DNA of 63,889 bases, the filler included, from a bacterium (GTDB taxonomy: Bacteria; JAMOTN01): assembly GCA_027062325.1 (NCBI GenBank). It is 3 parts of 3 records of this genome, joined end to end, with 100 filler letters (N's around TTAATTAATTAA, not from the genome) between each part and the next. Parts side by side here need not be neighbours in the genome. Positions count along the whole stretch, not along the records: positions 48,770 to 63,889 come from JAMOTN010000078.1; 2 more parts are not named here. One strand, 5' to 3'. Positions 53,583-62,187 of the stretch are shown here, piece by piece. The notes beneath the pieces are model-generated. The model did not search any database, was not told where the DNA came from, and saw only the letters and a program-made list of their open reading frames with translations. Numbering within the stretch: position 1 is the stretch's first letter; each line of letters opens with the position of its first letter. Both the position numbers and the translations under genes were made by a program.

Positions 53583-54920
53583 ATGTCTTTTGCACAAACT
53601 CAAACAGAAAATCTGGCAGCACTCCTTAAAAAGTACTCTGATAACCCAGAGAAAATAAGAGAAATTGCAGAGGAGTATAGAATTGAAGACATAGCAGAAG
53701 CTTTGGAAGAACTTGATGAGGATACTCAAATAAAAGTTGCATCTGCACTTCCAACAGAAGATATTGCAGAGTTACTTTCCGAGATTGACGAAGAAGAAAG
53801 TGAAGATTTGATAAAAAATCTTGATGCCATGCTTCTTGTTGATGCAGTTCATGAAATGAGTCCCGACGAGATTGCAGAACTGGTCAGAGAACTGGATCCA
53901 GAAACTGCTTCCCTTCTTCTAAGCAAAGTTGAAAACGATAAACGCGAAGACGTATGTAAACTTCTAAATTTCCCACCAGATTCAGCAGGATCATTGATGA
54001 CTCCTGAAATTGTTGTAATACCAGATCACCTAACTGTGGCAGAAGCTTTACCTATTGTTAAAAAACAGCTTGAGCATGCAAAAATCGAAGACAGAATCTT
54101 CATTGTTGACAAAGCTGGACGCCCTGTTGGTGTAATATCTCTTGCTGAGTTAATACTTGCCGATCTAACTGAGAAAGTTTCAAAGTTAGTAGAAGACAAA
54201 CCTATTGTAGTAAAAGCCACAGATGACAGAGAAGTTGCCGCTAACCTTGCCCTAAAATACGAGCTTCGAGTTGTTCCCGTAGTTGACGATACTGGAAAGC
54301 TAATAGGGGCCATTCCTTTTGATGAAATTCTATACACCGTTGAGGAAGAGACAGAAGAAGACATGTTAAAGATGGTGGGAGCGAGTGATCCAGAAGAAGA
54401 AAGCCCCATAAAAGCTTCATTGGCACGCCTTCCATGGTTAATTGTAAATCTCTTTGGTGGACTCCTGGCAGGCAATGTCATCAAGTTATTTCAAAACGTT
54501 CTTTCAAAATCCATTGCTCTTGCTTTTTTCGTTCCAGTAATAACAGGAATGGGTGGTAACGCTGCTTTGCAAACTGCAACGACAGTTGTTCGGGGTCTCG
54601 CAACGGGTGAGGTTAAGTTATCAGAAATTTGGGAGACGCTATTCAAAGAGGTTGTGGTAGCCTTTTTTGTTGGAGCAGGATGCGCTTTAATCGCGGGGAG
54701 CGCCGCTTTAATAATGCAGGGAGAGATAAAAATTACTCTGATCGTTGGAACAGCAATGTTTACGGCAATTTCAATAGCAGCAATTGTTGGGACAGTACTC
54801 CCAATGTTTTTCGAAAAAGTCGGAGTAGACCCTGCTATTGCAACAGGACCGTTTGTAACAACCTCAAACGATATAATAGGAATATTCATATATTTCACTG
54901 TCGCAAAAATTTTACTTTGA
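53583..54920 (+). CDS. mgtE: magnesium transporter MgtE
   Basis: Acidic N-domain, CBS pair, RLPWL, GMGGN, DPA.ATGPFVTT.ND. Confidence 0.96.
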   Translation: MSFAQTQTENLAALLKKYSDNPEKIREIAEEYRIEDIAEALEELDEDTQIKVASALPTEDIAELLSEIDEEESEDLIKNLDAMLLVDAVHEMSPDEIAELVRELDPETASLLLSKVENDKREDVCKLLNFPPDSAGSLMTPEIVVIPDHLTVAEALPIVKKQLEHAKIEDRIFIVDKAGRPVGVISLAELILADLTEKVSKLVEDKPIVVKATDDREVAANLALKYELRVVPVVDDTGKLIGAIPFDEILYTVEEETEEDMLKMVGASDPEEESPIKASLARLPWLIVNLFGGLLAGNVIKLFQNVLSKSIALAFFVPVITGMGGNAALQTATTVVRGLATGEVKLSEIWETLFKEVVVAFFVGAGCALIAGSAALIMQGEIKITLIVGTAMFTAISIAAIVGTVLPMFFEKVGVDPAIATGPFVTTSNDIIGIFIYFTVAKILL

Positions 54921-54946
54921 TAAGGCATGGGGGAGGTCGCACTTCA

Positions 54947-55135
54947 GTGTTTTCCTCTGTTATTTTCACTACTTTAGCTATATTGCTCGTTTGTATAATA
55001 GTTATTCTATTTATTCCCATTAAACTCGAACTGTTTGTTGACACCAACTCAAATTTTCCATTTAATGTTAGAGTAAAAGTAGCAGGTTTAGAGATATATG
55101 CATATCCGAAATCTCAATCTCAAAAGGACAGGTGA
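54947..55135 (+). CDS. small membrane protein (62 aa)
   Basis: GGGGAGG SD and GTG start; hydrophobic N-terminus ..ILFIPIKLEL; fills the gap between mgtE and the next gene. Confidence 0.55.
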   Translation: MFSSVIFTTLAILLVCIIVILFIPIKLELFVDTNSNFPFNVRVKVAGLEIYAYPKSQSQKDR

Positions 55136-55139
55136 TAAT

Positions 55140-56174
55140 ATGAAAGTACTCTGGAACAATGACGGAGTGGAATTCCTTAAAAAATTCAAACCGAGACTCG
55201 TTGTTGCTCCACTCGCTGTACAAAAAATGGATTTGTTCTGGGATATAGTAGAATACATCGGATACCCTGAAGTTTTCTTAGTATCTGAGTGCACAGAAGA
55301 CAACTTTTCTAAAGTTTATAACTTTAAAGAAAAAGTAGCTGCTTTTGGCGGTGGCAAAGCAATCGATACTGGAAAAGCCGCTCTTTATGCAGGATTTGAT
55401 TTTGTATCAATCCCAACAACACTCACTTGCTGTGCAGCAGCCAGTAATCACACAGTCATAAATAATCCAGATGGATCATACAAACGCACTCTTCCCAAGA
55501 CTCACTACCCAAACGCAGTAATAATAATAAAGGAATTTTTTGAAAATCTCCCCCGTCAACAGATAACCGCAGGAGTTGCAGACGCAGTAGCAAAGTACTT
55601 TGAGATGAAAATTGGAGTAACTTGGCTAAATTCAATCTCCCTTTATAAAAAAGACGCAAAGAAACTTGAATCAAATTATTCCTCTATGGTTGCCAAAGCT
55701 CAAAACATATTATCATACTTTGCTCGCAAAAAAGGACCTCTACACATAACAGATAATATGATAAAAAAATGCGTAATAGAACCAGCCTTTGGTTTTGTAA
55801 CGGTAGCTCATGCAATAGCGGATGCACTCGCCCACTTTTATCCCCTCTCCCTTCACGGCAACAGAGTAAGTCTTGGTATAGAAATTATGATAGATTGGGC
55901 AATAAAAAATAAACTTGCAAATGTTCAACTTAAAAGAAGGTGGGAAACTATCGCACAAAAGTATTCTCTTCCTCGCCTTCTCAGAGAAATCGCTTTTGAG
56001 CATGTTCACAATACCAATTCAAGTTACGTATCAGTCCATCCTCTGGCAAAAAAGCAAAAGAATTTTTCATTTGAAGAATTCGTAAACAAATTGTTTGATC
56101 CAAATTCCACGTTTCCTCAGATTAAGGAACTCAAAACCTCTTTTAAACAATTCGTATTTTTCAAAGAAAATTGA
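55140..56174 (+). CDS. glycerol dehydrogenase-like metal-dependent alcohol dehydrogenase (divergent)
   Basis: GGGKAIDTGK, IPTT, AGVADA.AKYFE, VAHA, LHG.RV. Confidence 0.85.
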   Translation: MKVLWNNDGVEFLKKFKPRLVVAPLAVQKMDLFWDIVEYIGYPEVFLVSECTEDNFSKVYNFKEKVAAFGGGKAIDTGKAALYAGFDFVSIPTTLTCCAAASNHTVINNPDGSYKRTLPKTHYPNAVIIIKEFFENLPRQQITAGVADAVAKYFEMKIGVTWLNSISLYKKDAKKLESNYSSMVAKAQNILSYFARKKGPLHITDNMIKKCVIEPAFGFVTVAHAIADALAHFYPLSLHGNRVSLGIEIMIDWAIKNKLANVQLKRRWETIAQKYSLPRLLREIAFEHVHNTNSSYVSVHPLAKKQKNFSFEEFVNKLFDPNSTFPQIKELKTSFKQFVFFKEN

Positions 56175-56187
56175 TCAGGACTTTAAA

Positions 56188-56631
56188 TCAAAACTGCCTG
56201 TCCAACCATATTGTAACAGGTCCATTATTAACAAGCTCTATCTCCATGTGAGCCCCAAATTCACCAAACACACATTCAACCTCTTGCGAAATCTTTAATT
56301 TGAACTCATCCCACATCTTTCTCGCTTCATCAGGATTCATAGCATTAGAAAAGCTAGGACGTGTTCCTTTCTTAACATCTGCTGCCAAGGTAAACTGGGA
56401 AACTGCAAGAATTTTTCCTCCAACATCCTTAACCGAAAGATTCATCTTTCCCTGCTCATCTTCAAAAATCCTTAAATTTAAAATTTTAGAAACAAGCCAA
56501 TCCAACTCCTTCGTTCCATCTCCCCTCACAAAACATATCAACGCCACAATCCCTCTTTCTATCTTACCTACAAATTTTCCATCAACTTTTAAACTTGCTC
56601 TATCAACACGTTGCAATACCGCTCTTACCAT
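56188..56631 (-). CDS. dtd: D-aminoacyl-tRNA deacylase
   Basis: RAVLQRV, SQFTL, N.GPVT. Confidence 0.96.
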   Translation of the reverse strand: MVRAVLQRVDRASLKVDGKFVGKIERGIVALICFVRGDGTKELDWLVSKILNLRIFEDEQGKMNLSVKDVGGKILAVSQFTLAADVKKGTRPSFSNAMNPDEARKMWDEFKLKISQEVECVFGEFGAHMEIELVNNGPVTIWLDRQF

Positions 56632-56661
56632 TTGCTTCCCCTCTCTGCATAGTGATTAGCC

Positions 56662-57780
56662 CTATACTTCTTTCTCTTCACTACCAAACATCTTACCAGT
56701 CTTTGCCCAATGAAGATACGCATATATGAAATCATCTATATCCCCATCCATAACAGCCTCAACATTTCCAACAGTATATAAAGTCCGGTGATCTTTTACC
56801 ATTCTGTACGGTTGAAACACGTAAGAGCGAATTTGATGTCCCCAGCCAATCTCTGTCTTTTCTCCTTCAAGCTTCTTTTTTTCTTCCTCTGCCTTCTTAC
56901 GGTAATATTCATAAAGACGGGCTTTCAATATCTTCATAGCATTCTTCTTATTCGCAAACTGACTCCTCTCCTTCTGGCAAGTTACAACAATCCCCGTAGG
57001 AATATGGGTAATCCTAACAGCTGTCTCAACCTTATTAACATTTTGACCTCCATGCCCACTTGCTCTAAAAGTCTCAACCTTCAAATCCTCTTCGCGTATC
57101 TCAACATCAACTTCGTCATCCAACTCGGGCATAACATTTACCGAAGCAAAGCTTGTATGACGTCTAGCAGCAGAATCAAAAGGAGAAATTCTAACCAAAC
57201 GATGCACTCCTCTTTCACCTTTTAAGTAACCATAAGCATATTCACCCTTAACTAAAAAAGTAACACTCTTTATTCCAGCAACATCCCCTTCCAACCAATC
57301 GAGTATCTCAACAGAAAATCCCTTTCTCTCAGCCCACCTCGTGTACATTCTAAAGAGCATCTGTGCCCAATCCTGAGATTCAGTTCCACCTGCTCCAGGA
57401 TGTATGGAAACTATAGCATTATTTTGATCATACTTGTCATCCAAAAGTAATCTCAATTCAAGATCTCTATAAAGTTTCTTCACTTCTTTGAGTAAATCAG
57501 TTGCCTCTTTTGCCATTTCTTCATCCTCAAGTGCAAGTTCTGAGGCAACTTTTAAATCCTCAAGAGATGAAGCCAAGCGCCTATACATTTCATGTACCTC
57601 TTTGGCAGCTTTAAATTCTCTTTGAAGACGCGCAGCTTTCTTAGGATTAGACCAAACTGCCGGATCAGAAAGCCTTTTTTCTAATTCTGCCAAATCTATT
57701 CTTTCCACAAATCCCCTTATCCCTTTTACTCCCTTTTCAAGCTCTGCTATTTCAATTGCGTAATCCATAGCCCACCTCAC
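56662..57780 (-). CDS. prfB: peptide chain release factor 2, no internal frameshift
   Basis: SPF and GGQ motifs, WGHQIRSY; continuous ORF. Confidence 0.96.
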   Translation of the reverse strand: MRWAMDYAIEIAELEKGVKGIRGFVERIDLAELEKRLSDPAVWSNPKKAARLQREFKAAKEVHEMYRRLASSLEDLKVASELALEDEEMAKEATDLLKEVKKLYRDLELRLLLDDKYDQNNAIVSIHPGAGGTESQDWAQMLFRMYTRWAERKGFSVEILDWLEGDVAGIKSVTFLVKGEYAYGYLKGERGVHRLVRISPFDSAARRHTSFASVNVMPELDDEVDVEIREEDLKVETFRASGHGGQNVNKVETAVRITHIPTGIVVTCQKERSQFANKKNAMKILKARLYEYYRKKAEEEKKKLEGEKTEIGWGHQIRSYVFQPYRMVKDHRTLYTVGNVEAVMDGDIDDFIYAYLHWAKTGKMFGSEEKEV

Positions 57781-57795
57781 CTTTCAAAATCAAAC

Positions 57796-58347
57796 CTAAT
57801 TCTCAACATACGCTACAAAAGGTAAATTTCTCCATACCTCATCCAAATCCAAACCGTAACCGTAAACAAACTTATCTTCAATATCAAAACAACAGAACTT
57901 AACATCCACATCGTATTTTAATGAAGCTGGCTTTCTAAGTAACGTAAACACCTCGCATGAAGCGGGCGACATTACTTCAAAATAATCCTTCAAAAACTTC
58001 ACTGTAAGACCTGTATCAACAATATCCTCCACTATTAAGACATGACGATTTTTCATATTCTCATCCACACCAAATATGAGATTAACCTCCCCCGTACTCT
58101 TTCTCCCAGAGTAACTTTTCAACCTTATAAAATGCATAGTTAACGGCAAATTTAACCTCTTAGCAAGCTCTGTTGCCACAAAGTAAGCTCCTTTTAGCAC
58201 CACTACAAAAGCAAGAGGATTATTTTCTGTAACAAGGGTAGAGTAATACTTTTCAACCTCCCCTGCAACTTCATCTAAACGTCTCTCAATCTCTTCCTTC
58301 GTAAGCAAAATCTTTTTATGCTTCATTTCCTTCACTCTCAACTTCAC
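57796..58347 (-). CDS. hpt: hypoxanthine phosphoribosyltransferase
   Basis: VLKG, VEDIVDTGLT, FVYGYGLD. Confidence 0.94.
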   Translation of the reverse strand: MKLRVKEMKHKKILLTKEEIERRLDEVAGEVEKYYSTLVTENNPLAFVVVLKGAYFVATELAKRLNLPLTMHFIRLKSYSGRKSTGEVNLIFGVDENMKNRHVLIVEDIVDTGLTVKFLKDYFEVMSPASCEVFTLLRKPASLKYDVDVKFCCFDIEDKFVYGYGLDLDEVWRNLPFVAYVEN

Positions 58348-58349
58348 CT

Positions 58350-58568
58350 CTAAAGATTTAATTCAAGCCCCTCTTCTTCAATCATTCTCTTGAAAGCATC
58401 CACACTTCTATCCCACGTTCTCTCCCACTTGTCAGTAAAAAAACACCCCGGGAACTCCCCCATTGAAAGATGATAGTGTAAGCATTCACAACACGTTCCT
58501 TTTTTAGAACAAGGAGTATAAGAACAATTGCAGTACTTCATATTGTCATCTATATGTTTACATTTCAT
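58350..58568 (-). CDS. Cys-rich small protein, DUF6485-like
   Basis: CNCSY.PCSKKG.CCECL.YH....PGCFF..ERTWDRS. Confidence 0.8.
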   Translation of the reverse strand: MKCKHIDDNMKYCNCSYTPCSKKGTCCECLHYHLSMGEFPGCFFTDKWERTWDRSVDAFKRMIEEEGLELNL

Positions 58569-58585
58569 AGCAATCCCTCCTCAAC

Positions 58586-58750
58586 TTATTTAAGCAATCT
58601 TTTAGCACAAGGTGGGAGACTTTTTTGATTTTTAAAATGTCTTATACAAAGGCAACACACACCACGATAGGGAGTTTCATCTTCAGTTGCTGGACACCTC
58701 TTCAAATTTTTCTCGTACATGACGCAATCTCTACCGAAAACTTTCGCCAT
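58586..58750 (-). CDS. 54 aa Cys-rich paralog of the adjacent DUF6485-like gene; not in the ORF track
   Basis: Manual translation MAKVFGRDCVMYEKNLKRCPATEDETPYRGVCCLCIRHFKNQKSLPPCAKRLLK; AAGGAGGGG SD. Confidence 0.75.
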   Translation of the reverse strand: MAKVFGRDCVMYEKNLKRCPATEDETPYRGVCCLCIRHFKNQKSLPPCAKRLLK

Positions 58751-58776
58751 TTTTACCCCTCCTTACTATCAGTTTC

Positions 58777-60471
58777 TTACTTCAACTCAATATTTATCTC
58801 CACTCCATCACTCTTCTTGAGCAAAATTTTAGCAGGCTTCTTCAAATTCTTCCACATATCAATTGTAGGCTTTTTCCCATTTATCTTCTCTATAACATCT
58901 CCAATTTCAAACACATCATTGTCGCTTGCAACTACTTTAAGTCCATTCTTTTCCGGAATTACAGACACCTTTAAATCTTTATTGTAATTTGTATACCTCT
59001 TTAGAATTTTCCTCACATAATTTTCATCAACAGTCGACATGTTGTATATAAACATACCCGGCGATATGTTAAACTCCAATTCAAATAACATTCCACTCCT
59101 CTCAAATATTATCTTTCCCTTTCCATTCTTTACCACTTTCTTAACATCATTAACCGTAGATGGAACCTTTCCATTAACTGCAATTATCTTATCTCCAACT
59201 TGTAAGCCAATCCTACTTAACGCCGAGTTTACATCCTTTAAAACTACTCCGGGGAATTTATAAGAAGCCGTCCCTACAACACTACCTACCTGACCAGAGT
59301 TTGAAGGCTTACTACCTCCCAATACTCCAAATCTCTTCTTAATCTTGTCTATCAAAGTATGCAAAGGCAACTTGCTCCCTACACTCTGAGGAGTATTATC
59401 CTCATCTCCAAACTCCGAACCAAGCTTCACATTTGCTGTGTAAAAACGTCCTTCTCTCCAATACCTAATTTTTACAACATCTCCCGGCCTATACATTCTT
59501 ATGACCTTTCTCAAATCAGCAGGTGAAGATATATCCGCATCATCTACCTTTACAATTACATCCCCTTCTCGCAATCCAGCCTCATCAGCAGGACTTCCTG
59601 AAACCACATCTGCAATCACAGCTCCACCCTCTGCAGGATAACCTAACTTTTGAGCAATTCGAGCAGTAATTGGATAAGTGTACACCCCAAGGAATGCAAA
59701 CCGTGCATGCCCATAGTTTAAGAAATCCTCCACAAAACGTTTAGCTACATTTATTGGAATAAGAAAACCAATTCCATGAGCAGGCGCAAGAATAGCCGTT
59801 GCAATTCCAATTACTTTTCCATCCAAATCAACTACTGGTCCACCGCTGTTTCCCACATTTATGGCAGCATCTGTCTGGAACAAATCAACCATAACATTTC
59901 CCTGAACATTCAACCTTCTTCCTTTTGCACTTATAACTCCAAACGTCACCGTTCTTTCCAAACCAAACGGATTACCAATTACCAACACAAACTGCCCAAC
60001 CTCTACATTATCCGAATCTCCAAGCTCTACAACAGGTGGTTCAAAATTTCCAAGATTTTTTAATTTAAGAAGGGCTATATCGTATTCTTTACTTAAACCT
60101 ACAACTTCTGCTTCAAAACGATGAAACCTATCAAATGTAGCGTATATCTTATCTGCCCCCTCAACAACATGAGCGTTTGTAACAACTAGTCCACTCTTAT
60201 CTATGACAAATCCACTACCCGTTCCTATCTTTTGTTTATAAACACGAGGTTTCGGATTGAAAAACATATCATCATTGAAAAATTGTTCAAACAACTCATC
60301 AAGCGATGGATAAGAATATGCATAGCTGTATTTTTCCGTTTCGATCAAAACCACTGCGTCTTTAACTTTTTTTACAATTTGGGGTAAATCCTTAAGATCA
60401 ACTGCATAAGCCGAGCAAAAGCTACACACAGCAAGTAGAAATATTATAAACAACTTCCCCCCTCTTAACAT
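58777..60471 (-). CDS. HtrA/DegP serine protease with extended PDZ region
   Basis: Signal peptide; TNAHVV, YDIALL, GNSGGP; PDZ GSPADEAGL.EGD. Confidence 0.93.
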   Translation of the reverse strand: MLRGGKLFIIFLLAVCSFCSAYAVDLKDLPQIVKKVKDAVVLIETEKYSYAYSYPSLDELFEQFFNDDMFFNPKPRVYKQKIGTGSGFVIDKSGLVVTNAHVVEGADKIYATFDRFHRFEAEVVGLSKEYDIALLKLKNLGNFEPPVVELGDSDNVEVGQFVLVIGNPFGLERTVTFGVISAKGRRLNVQGNVMVDLFQTDAAINVGNSGGPVVDLDGKVIGIATAILAPAHGIGFLIPINVAKRFVEDFLNYGHARFAFLGVYTYPITARIAQKLGYPAEGGAVIADVVSGSPADEAGLREGDVIVKVDDADISSPADLRKVIRMYRPGDVVKIRYWREGRFYTANVKLGSEFGDEDNTPQSVGSKLPLHTLIDKIKKRFGVLGGSKPSNSGQVGSVVGTASYKFPGVVLKDVNSALSRIGLQVGDKIIAVNGKVPSTVNDVKKVVKNGKGKIIFERSGMLFELEFNISPGMFIYNMSTVDENYVRKILKRYTNYNKDLKVSVIPEKNGLKVVASDNDVFEIGDVIEKINGKKPTIDMWKNLKKPAKILLKKSDGVEINIELK

Positions 60472-60499
60472 AGCTCTACGCCTCCCTTCATTAGATAAG

Positions 60500-61996
60500 T
60501 TAATTCTTACTACCTCTTCTTGCTGCCCTCTTGGTAGCCCCAGAAGGCATCCAAAGTATCAAAGCAAACACAAGTGTCATCAAAGTAACAGTAATTCCAA
60601 CAGCCAGAGCTGAGGTTGGATAACCACCGTAACCGTGTATCAAATTTTTCAATATATCATTGACAATCAAGTAACCTACAAAGCCTGGAACAACAAACAT
60701 CATAATTTTCCAAAATGTCCCAACCTTTACAAATTTAGCATTCTGATCAACAAAATCTTTTATCTTATCAAGCCCAACTTCTGCTAAAAGGAACATGACC
60801 TCTAAGTAAACTACAAACATTACAGCCATCATCATGTAGTTGTCAACAATGTCTAACCAATACAATCCTGCTCCTGTTGAGAATATCAAACTCCCAACGA
60901 TCCCTGCTAACATCAATATACTAGCTGCAAATTTTCTACTCACTCCAAACTTATCAACAAATGCAGAAACAAAATTTTCAAACAGGGAAATAGCACTTGT
61001 TATACCAGCCGCCAAAAGCAAGAAGAAAAATACGGCACCAAATAAAACTTTTCCCTTTGGTATGAGATTTATAGCTTGAGGATAAACTACAAATGCCAAC
61101 CCTGGCCCTCCCTTGATAACAGTTGCAGGATCTTTACCAAGGGTTCCTGCCATGTAGCCAATGGTTGCAAAAATTGCAATACTTGCAAACATAGAGTAGA
61201 AACCATCAGCCAAAGCAGTAATAAGAGCATTTGTAGTTGTATCACTATCTTTAGGAAGATAACTAGCATACGTAACCATTATTCCAAAACCAACCCCAAC
61301 AGAGAAGAAAACCTGTTTTAATGCATCAATCCAAACGTGAGGATCCTTGAGTTTGGTAAAATCCGGAGTAAAGTAAAGTTTTAACCCTGCAGAAGCGTTG
61401 GGAAGAGTAACAGACCAAACAACAAACAACACTGTCATTATGAAAAGAGCTGGCATCAATACTTTGTTTGCCTTTTCAATACCATCTTTAATTCCTCTTA
61501 CAACTATGAACCATACAAATACCCAGAAAAATGCTGCTCCTATAAATATTGGCCACTTTATTCCTCCTATATTCCACGCACCCGAAGTCAAACCTAAAAA
61601 CACCTTGTGGAAGAAAGAATCTGTCTCAGCTCCCCAACTTAGTTTGAATGAGTAAAGAAAATAATTCAAACACCAAGATAAAACTACCATATAATAAAAA
61701 CCAACTCCGAATGAGGTTAAAATAACAGGCCACCATCCGAGCCACTCCCACTTTTTAGATACAGAGCCAAAAGCAAGTGGGGTAGCTTTCCCAGTCTTTT
61801 GTCCCAATGCCATCTCAAATATCAAAAGAGGAACACCTATTGTTAAAAGTGCAAAAATATAAGGAATCAAAAAAGCCCCTCCACCATTTCGATAAGCCAT
61901 ATATGGAAACTTCCACAAATTTCCCAATCCTATAGCACTACCTATAGCTGCAAATAAAAATCCCAAGCGCGAACCCCAATTAGCACGTACCTGCAC
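60500..61996 (-). CDS. NSS-family sodium-dependent transporter
   Basis: GSAIGLGNLWKFPY, NGGGAF, QVFFS, GPGLAF; GTG start after AGGAGGGG. Confidence 0.94.
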   Translation of the reverse strand: MQVRANWGSRLGFLFAAIGSAIGLGNLWKFPYMAYRNGGGAFLIPYIFALLTIGVPLLIFEMALGQKTGKATPLAFGSVSKKWEWLGWWPVILTSFGVGFYYMVVLSWCLNYFLYSFKLSWGAETDSFFHKVFLGLTSGAWNIGGIKWPIFIGAAFFWVFVWFIVVRGIKDGIEKANKVLMPALFIMTVLFVVWSVTLPNASAGLKLYFTPDFTKLKDPHVWIDALKQVFFSVGVGFGIMVTYASYLPKDSDTTTNALITALADGFYSMFASIAIFATIGYMAGTLGKDPATVIKGGPGLAFVVYPQAINLIPKGKVLFGAVFFFLLLAAGITSAISLFENFVSAFVDKFGVSRKFAASILMLAGIVGSLIFSTGAGLYWLDIVDNYMMMAVMFVVYLEVMFLLAEVGLDKIKDFVDQNAKFVKVGTFWKIMMFVVPGFVGYLIVNDILKNLIHGYGGYPTSALAVGITVTLMTLVFALILWMPSGATKRAARRGSKN

Positions 61997-62118
61997 TTCA
62001 ATCCCCTCCTGATACTGAAAATATACTAAATTAGCCATTACAGCACACCATCACACATTTACACAATTAAATATAAAACACATCATTTTAAAATCCAAGC
62101 AAAAATTTTTCAAAAAAT

Positions 62119-62145
62119 AAAAAAGGGCGCCCTTTGAGGACGCCC
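62119..62145 (-). terminator. intrinsic terminator after flagellin
   Basis: GGGCGTCCT-CAA-AGGGCGCCC followed by TTTTT. Confidence 0.85.
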
Positions 62146-62187
62146 ACAAATTCACCTCCTGTTATTTCAAGGAATATCTTTTTAGGT

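Noticed and set aside
54026-54928. Long antisense ORFs opposite mgtE, and similar ones opposite obgE, lepA, pdp, prfB and pilN
   Set aside because: Shadow frames of conserved genes, with no motifs or ribosome-binding sites.
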